A stretch of DNA of 56,050 nucleotides, counting the filler, from Basidiobolus ranarum (lineage: Eukaryota), in NCBI GenBank assembly GCA_040143965.1. It is 3 parts of 3 records of this genome, joined end to end, with 100 filler letters (N's around TTAATTAATTAA, not from the genome) between each part and the next. Parts side by side here need not be neighbours in the genome. Positions count along the whole stretch, not along the records: positions 1 to 18,675 come from JASJQH010007146.1; positions 18,776 to 37,415 come from JASJQH010007147.1; 1 more part is not named here. One strand, written 5' to 3'. The position numbers and the translations under genes were made by a program. A model generated the notes under the pieces. The model had not been told where the DNA came from. It saw only the letters and a program-made list of their open reading frames with translations, and did not search any database. Shown one piece after another: positions 12,880 through 25,591 of the stretch; positions within the stretch are counted from its first letter, which is position 1, and each line of letters starts with the position of its first letter.

Positions 12880-13775
12880 ATGGGTTCTTCCGTCTTGCAA
12901 TCCCTGTTCACTCCCTCCCATCTCAAGCACATCAACCAACAGCTTGCCAAGCTTTCCCCTCAACAAATATTAGAATGGGCAATCCTTACTCTTCCTAACC
13001 TTTATCAAACCACTGCTTTCGGCCCATCTGGTAAGTTTATGAACCATAGACTAGTCACACAAAATATAATTACTTACCCTTAATCTTTATAGGTCTCGTT
13101 GCTTTGGATATGATCTCTAAGATAGGCAAGGAGCATCCGGAATGGAATCCCAATCCCCAACAACCCAGTCATCTTGTTCCCTTGATATTCCTTGATACTC
13201 TGTACCATTTCTCAGAGACCCTAGAGCTATCACAGAAGTGTGAAAGCCACTACCAAGTGCCGCTCTATGTATTCAAGCCAGAAGGTAGTAACACTAGCGA
13301 AGAATTTGAGCAACTTTATGGAGAGAAATTGTGGGAAAAGGATGAAGATAGTTATGACTACTTGGTCAAAGTAGAACCAGCTCGTCGTGCCTATAAGCAG
13401 TTGAATGTCACTGCTGTTATCACCGGTAGACGCAAGAGTCAGAAAGGTGCCCGTTCTAGCATCGATGTCCTTGAACTTGAGGCTGGAACCGGATTATTAA
13501 AGCTAAATCCTCTAGCCAACTGGAGTTTTGATCAAGTATGGACATACATCAGAAACAATGACGTTCCTTACAATGCCCTTCTTGACAATGGATATAGATC
13601 TGTTGGGGACTGGCATAGCACTAAACCAACTTCAGACATCTCGGATGAACGTAGTGGTCGATGGGCAGGCTCTGGTAAAACTGAATGTGGTCTTCATAAG
13701 GATTACTTCTCCATGCGTTCCGCTTTCCTCCGAAAACAGAAGGAAGCCCAACAAGCACAGCTCAGTGCCCATTAG
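12880..13775 (+). CDS. MET16: Phosphoadenosine phosphosulfate (PAPS) reductase, intron 13031-13092
   Basis: LYQTTAFG, IFLDTLYHF, KVEPARRA, TGRRKSQ, GYRSVGD, ERSGRW, KTECGLH motifs. Confidence 0.96.
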
Positions 13776-14019
13776 ATATTGCGAGTGCATCACATCGTTT
13801 TTGTCATCGGTTTGTTACGCTAGTAGCCATAATTAATTGCCCTGTAATATTTCACCATCACATTTATCAGACTGTTTATTCAATACGGTCACATGTAAAT
13901 CCATCACCTCATTAAAAATGAAATGAATTTTTTATCATTATATATGGCAATTCGAATTATGTAATATGGTTTATTCTAGTTATAAGTGACCTTAAATTCA
14001 CTAAGATAGGATATCCTTA

Positions 14020-14642
14020 ATGTTGTTCCTAACTAAAATGTTCAAGACGGTCAGACCCGTCTCCACTCGTTTCCTTGGTAGAGTATTACCACCAGTTAAC
14101 TCACATTTAGTTCGGTTTCCCAACGCTCTTAGAGTCCAAACTTTCACCACTTCTAATGGATTCCATCAAAAGAAAACCGAGGAAGAGTGGCGGGTAATAT
14201 TAAATCCAGAGCAGTTCCACGTACTTCGTGAAAAAGGAACAGAAGCACCCTACAGCGGTGAATATGACCAAAAGTTCGATCAAGGAGTTTACCATTGTAC
14301 CGGTTGTGATGCTCCTTTATATACTTCCGACACTAAGTTTGGTTCTAACTGTGGTTGGCCTGCGTTTTTTCAAGGGATTCCAGGTAAATTGAGTTACTTT
14401 ACGGTTATCGTTTGTCTTCCTAATGGACTTACTTGCGATTGCTTCGTATCTATGTTGAATATTAAGGTGCCATTGAGCGTCACCAGGATGAAACTTACGG
14501 TATGAAAAGAACTGAAATCACTTGTAGTGCATGTGGCGGTCATTTGGGACATGTTTTCAAAGGAGAGGGTTATGATACCCCTACAGACGAGCGTCACTGT
14601 GTTAATAGTATTAGTCTTCGATTCACCCCCAAAAGTCAATAG
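14020..14642 (+). CDS. MXR2: Methionine-R-sulfoxide reductase B (Cys form, Zn-binding, probable mitochondrial presequence), intron ~14384-14466
   Basis: [42 protein letters not shown]. Confidence 0.94.
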
Positions 14643-14899
14643 TGAATGAACTGGAGTGAGAAATTTCCATTGTTTATTGAGGGAGAGAGAGTGAGGCGTC
14701 TTTAAAACGTTCAATTGAAATGTTAACATATTAATGAAGGCTACATTGATATCAGTTATTCTATAAAGTATAGTGATTCGAATGTAAACTCTCTACATCC
14801 TTAATAGCAATAAATTCCAAAGCACCTTCAAGTGAGCAATTATAGGTAGTTACCAATATGCATCTAAAGATACACTGACTAAATCTCTAGACATATTAG

Positions 14900-14955
14900 T
14901 TGCGTAATGACGTCGAGTGATGTGCATCATTTCGACTTCATATGATTTGACGTCA
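14900..14955. promoter_or_regulatory. bZIP (CRE/ATF-type) sites upstream of the NmrA-like gene
   Basis: TTGCGTAA-TGACGTC at 14900-14914 and a perfect TGACGTCA at 14948-14955, 160-220 bp before the ATG. Confidence 0.45.
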
Positions 14956-15117
14956 TCCATTTCTAACTACCAACGTACCAGCATCAATGATAAAACCAGG
15001 ATTCTTGACCATCAACACATCCACACATCCACACATCATTCACCAGCCTTCAGTTTACTCTTTGGGTTGAAAGTTATACATCTATATATTAACAGTTGAT
15101 AAATCTCACCATCCAAT

Positions 15118-16002
15118 ATGACTCTTGCAGTGCTTGTCGTTGGAGCCACCGGAGCTCTAGGACAGAATATAGTAAAGGCTTTACTTCAAAAAGAAGGGCT
15201 AGTAAAAGTCTCGGTCTTGATACGTGACGCAAATAAGGTTCCAAAGCAGTGGGAAAATAAGGTGCAAGTATTTATAGGAGACTTGACTCAACCAAGTTCA
15301 CTGACTCAAGCTTGCCAGAACCAAGAAGTGGTCGTTTCTGCGGTGCAAGGTGGAAGAGATATAATTATCGATGGGCAAAAGAATTTACTGGATGCGATCA
15401 AGCTCAGTGGCAGTGTTAAACACTTCTTTCCCTCTACTTTCGCCCTCGACCTCTTCCAGTTGAATGACGAACTAGCTCCTCTGGGACTTACCCTTCGACG
15501 TGAATTCGCAGACTACCTGGCGGCAGATAAATCAAACTTGAAAGTGACACACGTATTAAACGGGTGCTTTGTTGAAACACTGTTCAATCCTAAAGTCTGG
15601 GATGCAAAATCTAGCACACTTTATATCTGGGGGGATGGTGATACTAGGTTTGATATTATTAACATGGAGGATACAGGGAAGTTCGTTGCTGAAGCCATAC
15701 TAGATCCTAGCGTTGACTCCCGTTTCGAATGTAACGGTGAAGATATCTCCTTTAACGAAATAGCTGAACGCTTAGAGATGGTGTTTGGAGTTACAGTCAA
15801 GCGGGAATCATTAGGTACCGTTGAAGAGTTGAGAAGCTTTGTCAAATCACAGCAGGAGCAAAATCCAGGTGTCCCCATTCCCGAACAGTATCTTCTTCCA
15901 ATCGTCTCTGGAGTTGGAAAATTGGAGCATCTCCAAAACTTAAATTACCCCGACTTCAAGCCCAAATCCCTGGAACAATACATCGCACTTGGTCGTATCT
16001 AA
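15118..16002 (+). CDS. NmrA/isoflavone-reductase-like NAD(P)-binding protein, intronless
   Basis: N-terminal VLVVGATGALG Rossmann motif, FFPSTF, LNGCF, EDTGKFVAEA; 294 aa. Confidence 0.88.
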   Translation: MTLAVLVVGATGALGQNIVKALLQKEGLVKVSVLIRDANKVPKQWENKVQVFIGDLTQPSSLTQACQNQEVVVSAVQGGRDIIIDGQKNLLDAIKLSGSVKHFFPSTFALDLFQLNDELAPLGLTLRREFADYLAADKSNLKVTHVLNGCFVETLFNPKVWDAKSSTLYIWGDGDTRFDIINMEDTGKFVAEAILDPSVDSRFECNGEDISFNEIAERLEMVFGVTVKRESLGTVEELRSFVKSQQEQNPGVPIPEQYLLPIVSGVGKLEHLQNLNYPDFKPKSLEQYIALGRI

Positions 16003-16153
16003 TGAATCTAATTTTCTCAATCTTCCTAATTCTCTTAAATAAATATCTAATCTAGTGAAAAAATCCACTCTATTTGGGTTAATTTAGGAAGAATATTAAA
16101 TAAGATAAAACTCTTTCTTCAACTACTTTGCTGAGAGCGAACAAACTTGATAA

Positions 16154-17640
16154 ATGCCTAACCCGAGAGTATTCTTTGATGTCGATATCGACGGAAAGAA
16201 GATCGGTAGAGTGATCATGGAGTTATTCGCGGACGAGGTACCACGTACCGCCGAAAACTTCCGTGCCCTTTGTACTGGTGAAGCTGGTCTTGGAAAAACC
16301 AGTAACATGCCTTTACACTTTAGAGGTTCCATATTTCACCGAGTTATAAAAGGATTCATGATCCAAGGAGGAGATTTCACTCGACGTAACGGTACCGGTG
16401 GTGAAAGCATCTACGGAGGAACTTTTGCTGACGAGAGCTTCAGAAGAAAACATGACACTCACGGATTACTTTCCATGGCCAATCGTGGCCCCAACACTAA
16501 TAGTTCTCAATTTTTCATTACCGTGAGACCTACTCCACATCTTGATGGAAAACACGTTGTCTTTGGTAGAGTTGTGAGTGGTTTTGAGCAGGTAATAGAA
16601 GTGATTGAAAATACCCCTGTGGATGGAAACGATAAACCTGTTGGTATTATTATGATCTCAAACTGCGGTGAATTGGAGTTACGACTTCCTCCTAATGTTA
16701 AAGGTATTTGCTGATAAAAATGTACTTTTTTTTCCTCGAGTATAGTTTAATGCTTTTGTTTATTTTAATTCGTAGTCAAAACAAGAAATGGTTTCCCAAT
16801 CGTCACTAAAACTTCTGAAGAAGAAGATTCGGAAAATTCCACTAATCACAAGAAAATAGAGAAGAAATCACATCGCCATACCTCAGAGTCTGGCTCCTCT
16901 TCAAGCTCAGAGGAGTCTGCCAAGGAAGAGCGTAGACGACATAAGAAGAGAAAGAGCAAGAAGAAGCACCACAAGAAAAAGTCCAGACAGGAGGACAGCG
17001 AGGATTCCGTCTCAGAGAATGAAGATGAGCCCCGTGGCCGTAAGAAGACTCGGTCTGACAAACGTTCAGTGACTCCTTCTCAGTCACGTTCAAGATCTCC
17101 AAAACACTCGCGAGCACGTTCTAGTTCTAGAAATGCTTCTCACTCACGATCAAATTCTCCCACAAGAAGAAGATCCCAAAGCCCGAAGAGATCCCAACCA
17201 GAAAGCGACAGTGAACGCAAGAAAAGCAAATCTCGTAGTAGAAGTGAACGTCATGAATCCCGTGAGCGCACCAAGAGCTCTCGCAGTTCCGAGAAAAGGA
17301 GATCACATCGCTCCCGTTCTCGATCACACTCACACTCACGTAAGCGCTCATCCAGCCCGAGAAAGGCATCTCGTTCTAGGTCACGTTCCGCTAGCCCTAA
17401 TAGAGAAGATACTGGTCGTAGAAATTATGGTAACAGGCGCCAATATGAAAGGAATCGGTATGATCACTATGAACCAAATGACAAGCAGAGAAAATATGGC
17501 TACGTGGATCGAGATTCTGAAGACACATCCTCCGAAGTCAAATACAAAGGCCGAGGCAGAATGGTAAGTACTACAGGTATTGAATGGTAACGAATCGAAC
17601 TAACAGTAATTTATCGTAGAAATACCGCTCCGGCTGGTGA
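16154..17640 (+). CDS. Cyclophilin-type PPIase with C-terminal RS domain (PPIG/CYP63-like); introns ~16704-16775 and 17564-17619
   Basis: [45 protein letters not shown]-rich tail ending [14 protein letters not shown]. Confidence 0.93.
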
Positions 17641-17814
17641 TGGTTAGCATCCGTAATGGTTAGATCTCTTTATTGGAAATGCAATAAAATGCAATCAAAT
17701 GCAAAATGCGACAAAATAAGATAAAAATATGTTTACAAACAATAAATGGGGTTTCTTATTTATTATGAATGATGTTTATAAATGCAATTGTACAATAGGG
17801 CAAGCAATGAACCA

Positions 17815-18411
17815 TCAGTCAGATGAAGTTCTGATCTTGCGTGGTTTAGCAAGGTCTTGTAGTGTACCTATTAACAAGCCAATCACTGCACCAAAACCAA
17901 CCGCTTTCTTGGCAGATTGTCTGGAAAGACGGGCTAAATAAAAGAAAAGATTCCTTGAGAATATGCTTGGTTGTTGAAGAGATTTCAAGAAAAACTAACC
18001 GATAAGAGAAAACACGGAACCAGTAGTGATACCAGCTATTGTAGGATTAATGATATCTCGACGGCCTCGTTGCTGATCGAGTATTGCTTCAATTCCTGTG
18101 AAGGCACCACACATGACTGCCGTTCTCCAACTATAACTCAGGCCCTTTTGGATGCCAGCAAGCATGACTTTGTAGTTCTTTGTTTTGTGATAGAAATACC
18201 AACTGTTCATATCCTTGGGCATTCTGTGGGCATTTTCAGCCAGGTATTGCAAGGAAGATTGACGTCCACCCAGGTAACTGCCAGCGAAGAAACCCCAAAA
18301 GAGCCCCACGCCAACAACAATGGGTAGTCTATCTTTAGCTGAGCGGATGCCCTCATAGGTCTTGACCTCTTGAGGTATGGTGTGAGCTTCGTCGGAGGTA
18401 CCAGCTTCCAT
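17815..18411 (-). CDS. Conserved fungal Tim17-like membrane protein of unknown function, one intron (~17936-17999)
   Basis: Gly-rich TM helices and the motif QYLAENAHRMP..WYFYHKTKNY; spliced last exon is open to TGA. Confidence 0.7.
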
Positions 18412-18675
18412 GATATGTATGCGTATCCTTCCTCGGAGTGGGTATTATCAAGTTGCAATGACAAAGAGAAGAGTCAATTGGGAATCTACAAAGGTCAAAA
18501 AATTTCGAGTTTGATCAAGTTTCATTTAATCTGATGCATATACAATAATGGCAGCAATAGTAATCTTTTACCACAGTTGATTGGCAACTGTTGCTTGCCA
18601 CAAACCTGGTACAAGTGGAAAACACTTGTCAATCATATGACTTATAATCCTTCAGTAATTAAACTGCCTTCATGT

Positions 18676-18775
18676 NNNNNNNNNNNNNNNNNNNNNNNNN
18701 NNNNNNNNNNNNNNNNNNNTTAATTAATTAANNNNNNNNNNNNNNNNNNNNNNNNNNNNNNNNNNNNNNNNNNNN
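18676..18775. other. Assembly gap with artificial TTAATTAATTAA filler
   Basis: N44-TTAATTAATTAA-N44; identical to the second gap. Confidence 0.97.
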
Positions 18776-19082
18776 GATAACTAAGTACTAAGCTATATAT
18801 GACTATATAGGTGTTTAGGCAATGCTAATTTCAACATTGTCAAGATAGAAGCAAAATTACATTTAGAATGTGTTGCAAAAGGTCCCAGGAGCATGTGTGC
18901 AAAGTTTGGGGCTTCTAGCACATGTCTGAAAAATTTATATATCTGCAAGCTTCCAAGTTAGTAAAAGTATTTTAAGTAGGCTCCAATTGGAAATAATGGA
19001 TGATATCTTGGTTCAATATGGAATAACCAAATACTAAGCTATATATGACTATATAGATGTTTAGGTTATGCATATATTCACA
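18776..19082 (-). mobile_element. Two nested LTR fragments of the same copia family
   Basis: One LTR end at 18836 (GCTAATTTCAACA) abuts the interior of a more diverged copy, 18837-19082. Confidence 0.82.
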
Positions 19083-20129
19083 ATCCCTTCATACAATTGT
19101 TATGTATTTATGATATTTATTAGTTGACACATATTGCTCGTCATCACTCATCTTATAAGTCACAAACACATATTTCTCTAGCACAATCATAACTATCACC
19201 TATAGATTGAAAAACTGGTTTACTTGGCACTCGTTTGCTTTTGGTTGAGTGATATTCACAACGCTCTAATCTGTCCTGAATGTTCCTGTGACATTTGGTT
19301 TAATTTAGCTATTGTGAGTAAGTACTATAAAGTAGTTTTCTTTCCTCCAAAGCCAAAGGTATAGTATACTACACCCTTGGAAATTCAATAATTTGAAGAG
19401 CTCTCCATTTAATTGCCCCAAACTTTGGATATTGCTTGAATCATAAAATAAGTCTCTAAATATGTAGACTTGTTCTGGTGAATCAAATTCAACCAAGTTT
19501 TTGTCCAAATTCACATGTATCAATCACTGCCCAATTGAAATCCATAACATTGATGCAATAGTTTGACTAGATCCTCTCCTTTCTGATTAAAAGTATTCTA
19601 GATCAAGTTTAGCCCCACATCCTTCTCTGGTTCTAGGAGACATTTTTTTGTTTAAAATAATTATTATATCCTGTCCAACAATACAACCCAAGGCTTATGT
19701 AATTAAAGTTGAAAACTAATGTTGAAGGTCTTCGTCAAGCTCTTTTTTGCTATCTTCAAAGGCCCTACTATTTGTTGTGTCCGTATGGGTTGGTAAATAT
19801 TTCCTGGTCAGAGTTAGAATCGCACATACATATTGTTAACGGGGATAATCCCATGGTAGGGAAAAGTCTATAAAACTCAGCACCATACAAATATATATAT
19901 ATATGAATATTTAAGCACGGAACTCTGGTACTTTACCAACAATAAGTAAATGCCACACATCTTCAACAAAATTGCAACGTGACTTGTACTTTTAGATAAA
20001 TATTCTTGTTATGAAGAACACTGCGGTGATTGAATAAAAATTACTACAGAGCATGTTCACCTGTGTAGATTTGATAAGGTTGAATCAATTAGAAATATTA
20101 AATGGTATAATATACATCCTACTGTATTG

Positions 20130-20201
20130 GGCTCAATGGTCTAGTCGTATGATTCCTCGTTCGGGTCGTGGAGGTCCCGGGTTCAATTCCCGGTTGAGCC
20201 C
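20130..20201 (+). tRNA. tRNA-Pro(CGG)
   Basis: 72 nt: acceptor GGCTCAA/TTGAGCC, anticodon loop TT-CGG-GT, T arm CCGGG-TTCAATT-CCCGG, downstream TTTT. Confidence 0.9.
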
Positions 20202-20527
20202 CATTTTACCAAATGTTTTGAATCAACTACGAGTATTTTGAACCCACAGATGGAGAGATGTTTTGGGATAACCATGATTTGATCCCACTTAATCACCACT
20301 CACTTATACAATAGAGAGAAGAAAAAAAAGTCCAAGATTTCTCGATTTTTTTCAGGTACTTCGGGATTTACATATATTAATGTAAAAATAAACAGACTTT
20401 GAATATTAAAAAAAAAAATTAAATTGTAATTTTTGGATGGCCTTTTTTTTTACATGTGGGTTTTTTTCTGTTGAGTTCATTTTAACGTTTCTTGATGCAA
20501 CTTGGCACCTCTCATAACACATCCAAT

Positions 20528-21581
20528 ATGTCCACTGAAGATATTGTCAAGCAAACCGAAGTCTCTGGCTTTCAAGATTCTGACGAGGATGAAGTCATCC
20601 TTAACCCAGAGAATCTTCCTGAGTTGAATGCAACCGAGGAGAAAATGGATACAGACGAAACTGATAAGCCTTCCTTCAGACCTTTGACTGTTAAGGAAAT
20701 GAGTGTTAGTAATTTATACTTGTGAAGAAATTGAGAGCCTTCTCTCTTTAGAGGTCGGTACTAACTAAAGTTTCTGGTTATATATAGTCGGGTAAATCTC
20801 AAATGAGAAAGGTCCCTATTCCCCCTCATAGAATGGCACCACTCAAATCCAGTTGGATCAAATTATACACTCCATTAGTTGAGCACTTGAAACTTCAAGT
20901 TCGTATGAATGTCAAGTCGAAATCTGTAGAGCTTAAGGTCAGTTTGTGAGTTCGCTTATCCCTTTTGGAATTATCCTTTTAACGTATTTATTTTTGAAAC
21001 CTGCAGACTTCCACTCATACAACTGACACTGGTGCCTTACAAAAGGGTACTGATTTTGTGCGTGCATTCGCCTTAGGTTTTGAAATCGACGTAAGTGTGG
21101 ACATATGTATAGCTTTTGAGACAGTACGGTTGCTCATATTTTTGTTAAGGATTCCTTGGCTTTGCTCAGATTGGATGAACTTTACATTGACTCCTTTGAG
21201 ATCAAAGATGGTAAGTGTTTTTAGACTGTTTCCACTTCAGACCGAAGCTAACCTTTACTTATAGTGAAAACTCTCCATGGCGATCATCTCTCCCGTGCCA
21301 TTGGTCGTATTGCCGGAAAGGATGGCAAGACCAAGTTCACCATTGAAAATGCTACCAAGACTCGTATTGTTTTAGCTGACACGTAAGTTTTATTGACAGA
21401 ATTGTCCCCAGACCTTATGGCTGACCCACTTCAATATAATAGTCGTATTCATATCTTGGGCTCATTCCAAAACATCAAAATCGCCAGAGATGCCGTTGTT
21501 AGCTTAATTCTTGGATCACCTCCTGGCAAGGTCTACTCTACTCTTCGTACCATTTCGGCCAGATTGAAGGAGAGATTCTAA
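20528..21581 (+). CDS. PNO1: Pre-rRNA processing KH-domain protein PNO1/Dim2, multi-exon
   Basis: [71 protein letters not shown]. Confidence 0.95.
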
Positions 21582-22238
21582 CTTATATTTCTACAATCCT
21601 AATAACTTGTTCGAGGAGATCCACATTTATTCATTTTTGAACAACCATCAATTCGTCAACTAGAAAAGCATGGATTCAAGAACACCGTTGTTTGACCACT
21701 GTTTTATTGATTCCTTAAGCATCCTGTGGCCGTTTTTAGCGCTTTTTTACACGACTTTCTATTATTTATGTAATATTTGTTCCATCCTAGACACGTAATA
21801 AAGTATCTAAAAAATATATGGCCCACTTAGCCTGATTACCTTACAGCATATGACCCTCTTAACTTGATTACATTTGGTAAAGAGTGAATTGTTCAATAGG
21901 GTATAGGGTAGAGGCTATAGGACAGGGTTTAGGATATGATTGCTCGGCTTGTCTTTCTATGAGTTTCGCAATCACATGCAACTGATTGGGTTTGCGCTTG
22001 ATTCTGAACCATTTCTGATCCAGCTACATAGACATTCAACCCGTACAATGTAGATGATTGGATTATCTACTCAGTAGGTCAATATTATGTCGTTTTAGTG
22101 CTAATGAACACGTTGCTATTAACTAGAGCTTTATGCTTGTGACTTGTCTCTCCGATTTTCTATACTATCTTCATAAAATTCTTTCAACAAAACCAGTCAC
22201 TCTCTTCCTCTTTTCAAAGCTGAATTTCTTTTGAATCT

Positions 22239-23423
22239 ATGTCGTCTGAGGGAGCTGACAATCCTGTGATACGTTACTCGACGGGCTTAAATAGAATTAC
22301 TCACAGTTCTAACACAGAAGTAGATGACTCTTCACTTGTTAGTATGTAGACCTTTGTCTTGTTGTAACTTTTGCCCTCGTTGAGGCTAGCTTGTAGTTTT
22401 TTTTAACTGTATAGAAATACTCACATGTATGTTGTCTTCTTTTCAATTGGATTAGTAGCCACTTCCAGCTCCAGCACGTCTTCAAACTACCCAAATGGAG
22501 ACGCACATTTTCTCGTCGAGGCACTGCTAGACACTCGGAATGACCAACCACAGTGTATATTCTTATCGAGTTTTAGCGAAACCTCCCCTGGAATGGAAGT
22601 TTTACGCTCCAGTGAACTCATTAAAGGCTGGGCACAGATATCAGTAAATATTCCTGAGCCCAATAGTGTTCCTTTTCTACGAAAGGAGAGTATATTTGAG
22701 GAAGATAACGACATATCAATACTTTTACAACAACCTGGTATTGAACCCAACGACAGGGGTAAAGTTGAAATATTCCCAAGTTCCAGCTACATACCACAGG
22801 CACTTCAATTATCAAGTAATATGAGACTAGATCTTCCGGATGAACTTATGTTAAATATCTTCCAATATATTTCATTTTACCAAACGGTTTTGTTAACCTG
22901 TGCGGAAGTATCGCGTCAGTGGAATCGATGTGTTACCCCATTTCTATATCATTTCCCTAGATTTGAGAGTACATTTCATTGGGCCATGTTTCTACAAACA
23001 TTACTACGACCTACCAGACTTCATACTCATGGGACCTTTGTTCGTAATATCGACCTTTCACCCGGTGCGACACTTGGTGGTAACATATGTGTTTCCGCCT
23101 CATCTATTGTTCAATTATGTGAGCAATGTCCCAGGTTGCAGTACCTGAATCTTTCTGGTTGCTCCATTATTCCCGACATATTTTATCCCGAGATCAATGA
23201 GTACCAATCCACGTTACAACATGTACCTCATTCGGGGTTAATTTGCAAGACGATATCTACCTCGGAGGTGATCCAAGCCATAGGAGAAAGATGTACACAA
23301 ATTGAGTATATGAATTTATCAGGATGTGAATGGATGTGCATCGATAACCTATTATTATTAGCCAAGTATTGTAAGAAGTTAAAATTATTGGATTTAAGAA
23401 AATGTGAGAAAATTTATGGGTGA
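22239..23423 (+). CDS. F-box/leucine-rich-repeat protein (both ends approximate)
   Basis: F-box LDLPDELMLNIFQYI..CAEVSRQWN followed by cysteine-containing LRRs (CPRLQYLNLSGC, CKKLKLLDLRKC). Confidence 0.82.
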
Positions 23424-24639
23424 TGGAATTTCATTCATTTCTTTCTTTATCAAATATTTCTTCATAATCATTTTATATTGATTGAAATTGTTAAAGTATT
23501 TCTTCATTGGCATATCATTATTAATTAAATATGTACATTTTAATATCGATTTCTTTTGCAGAGTAAGAGTTATCGTTCGATTCTTTAGATGACTGATGGA
23601 GGTTAAGAAACTTGAATTTCTTTTCATGTCTACCATATGTGGATTCACATATCCATAATAAATAACGTATGTTGTAAAGACGGTCGAACTGGTGGCTACT
23701 TTAGAAGTATCTTGACTTAAACGAGTACTCCGAATCGCTCTTTCATGACCCAAAAACGTCTCTATCCAATCTCCAGTTTTCTCGTCACGAAGGAGTTTCC
23801 GTCCATATATCAGGAGTTTAGAACTTGAGGATAATATAAACGAACACTTACAGAAAAAGGTAGCGTTCTGTACCTTTACATACTGAAATCAGGGAGCAAC
23901 TTTTATGGTTAAGAATAGAATACTATAAACTACTACAGGCCTGGTAGGACCAGAGCGCGTAAGTGATATTTTTTGAGTGACATTTAAGGTAAAGTCTGTG
24001 TCATGTCCATGTTAGTTAAAATAACGAGCGAGAAATGAACACCGAACACCTGTCAACATTGGACATAATGTAGAAATATACTTCTTGGTGCCTCAAGTCG
24101 ATATCCATCCATAAACCATTCAATATATTATCGAATTAAAGTATATATATGATCGATATCACATGTGATACGAAAGAGGGTGCACGGACAACACAGACAA
24201 CCTATGGAAATCATTCTATGTACAAAGAGGCTTTGGCGATTATCTGTGTGACATTGCCGATTGTATATCCGTAGTAAGCATTGTAAAAGTATAAAAAGAA
24301 TACCCGAGAGTTTAGACATCACCCACATACTCTTTTACCACCTTACCACAGCAAAAAGAAGAAAATGAATCATCGATTCCATAAAATACATTCTAATCAA
24401 GGCGTTAATAAGGAATATAAAAACTGAATAGACTAAGTGATCTTTATGATAAATATAAAGAAGAAAATAAAGGACATGACCGAAAAGCGAAAAGCGAATG
24501 ATCAAGTCAAAGGAAGTTGGGATAACCAGAGAGAATTGGATTCAGAAGAGTAGTGTCTTGGCGAAGTTGTTATATATGCACAATCACAAAAATTGGGCTT
24601 TCTTTATAATAATAAATGTTGTTATGAAAGATTTACATT

Positions 24640-25591
24640 TTAAGAAACATCCATATCTCCACCATTCAAACGCTTCTGTTGTTCTTCTCTAATGCAATCT
24701 TGGAACCTATGCTGCTTACTGATCTCATGGACCTTAAACCCAAAGATACGAGGTACATAGCGCTCGGTAGTTTTCGGAGGGACCAGGTGTGCATATACTT
24801 GGAAGAGCATGTGTGGGAAAGAAGAGCCGAAATAAGCACCGTCAATACGTACTATCAAAAACCACCAAAGGAAAAGAAAGTTAAGGACAATCATTGGAAG
24901 AGATTTAAGATTCGGGCCACTCTAACAAAGGATGAAATAAAAGGATATTTGCATGTCTAGAAGACTTGGGATTGTAGATGTCCTCGCATCGACAGCAGTA
25001 AAGTTTCACTGATCTAGTAAAAGGAACATCGGAGAGACCGACTGGAAGTAATGGATGGTTGTAACAGAGAACCCGTGGGCATCTACCAAACTCGGCTTTC
25101 TTGTACTTCTCTACCTAGAAATTGAAATCTCTTGGTCAGTTCCATTTTGAAAAGTGGTTGAGTTATGAATCCACTTTCTTAGTGTTGATAAAATCTTCTT
25201 AACCGACCATTTTAGCAAGACCGCGATTGGTGAGAACGTATCTAGCGTGTATAAGACCATATAGGTGACGGGCAGATTTCTCAACTGTCTGTCTTAACTC
25301 GTCTTCCAGTTCTTCATCTACAATCAGGTGGTTCGTTAGATTGTTAATTCAGTTTAAACGAATATAGATTGAAGAAATTTCCAATATATTTCGTTCTATA
25401 ATACCTAAAGAGTCGGTGATAAGATCGAGGGCTTGGACATAATGTTGAACTTCAGTATTTAACCCGGTCAAGTTAAATCTATCCAAAATATATTCCTCAT
25501 CCACTTCACAAAAGTATTCGTTTCCTTTTGTACTCAAGAACCAGTCAATCCAGTATTTCATGTAGTCACTATCCGAGTTACTGCTGCTCAT
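24640..25591 (-). CDS. CKB1: Casein kinase II regulatory subunit beta, multi-exon
   Basis: [72 protein letters not shown]. Confidence 0.93.

Noticed and set aside
14580-14650. Selenocysteine or readthrough in MsrB
   Set aside because: The catalytic residue is TGT Cys (ERHCVNS); the stop is TAG followed by TGA.
18720-18731. TTAATTAATTAA palindrome (also 37460-37471)
   Set aside because: Sits centrally in identical N-runs; an assembly linker, not biological.
19305-19523. 72-aa ORF beside the LTR nest as retroelement pol
   Set aside because: No RT, integrase or RNase H motif recognisable.
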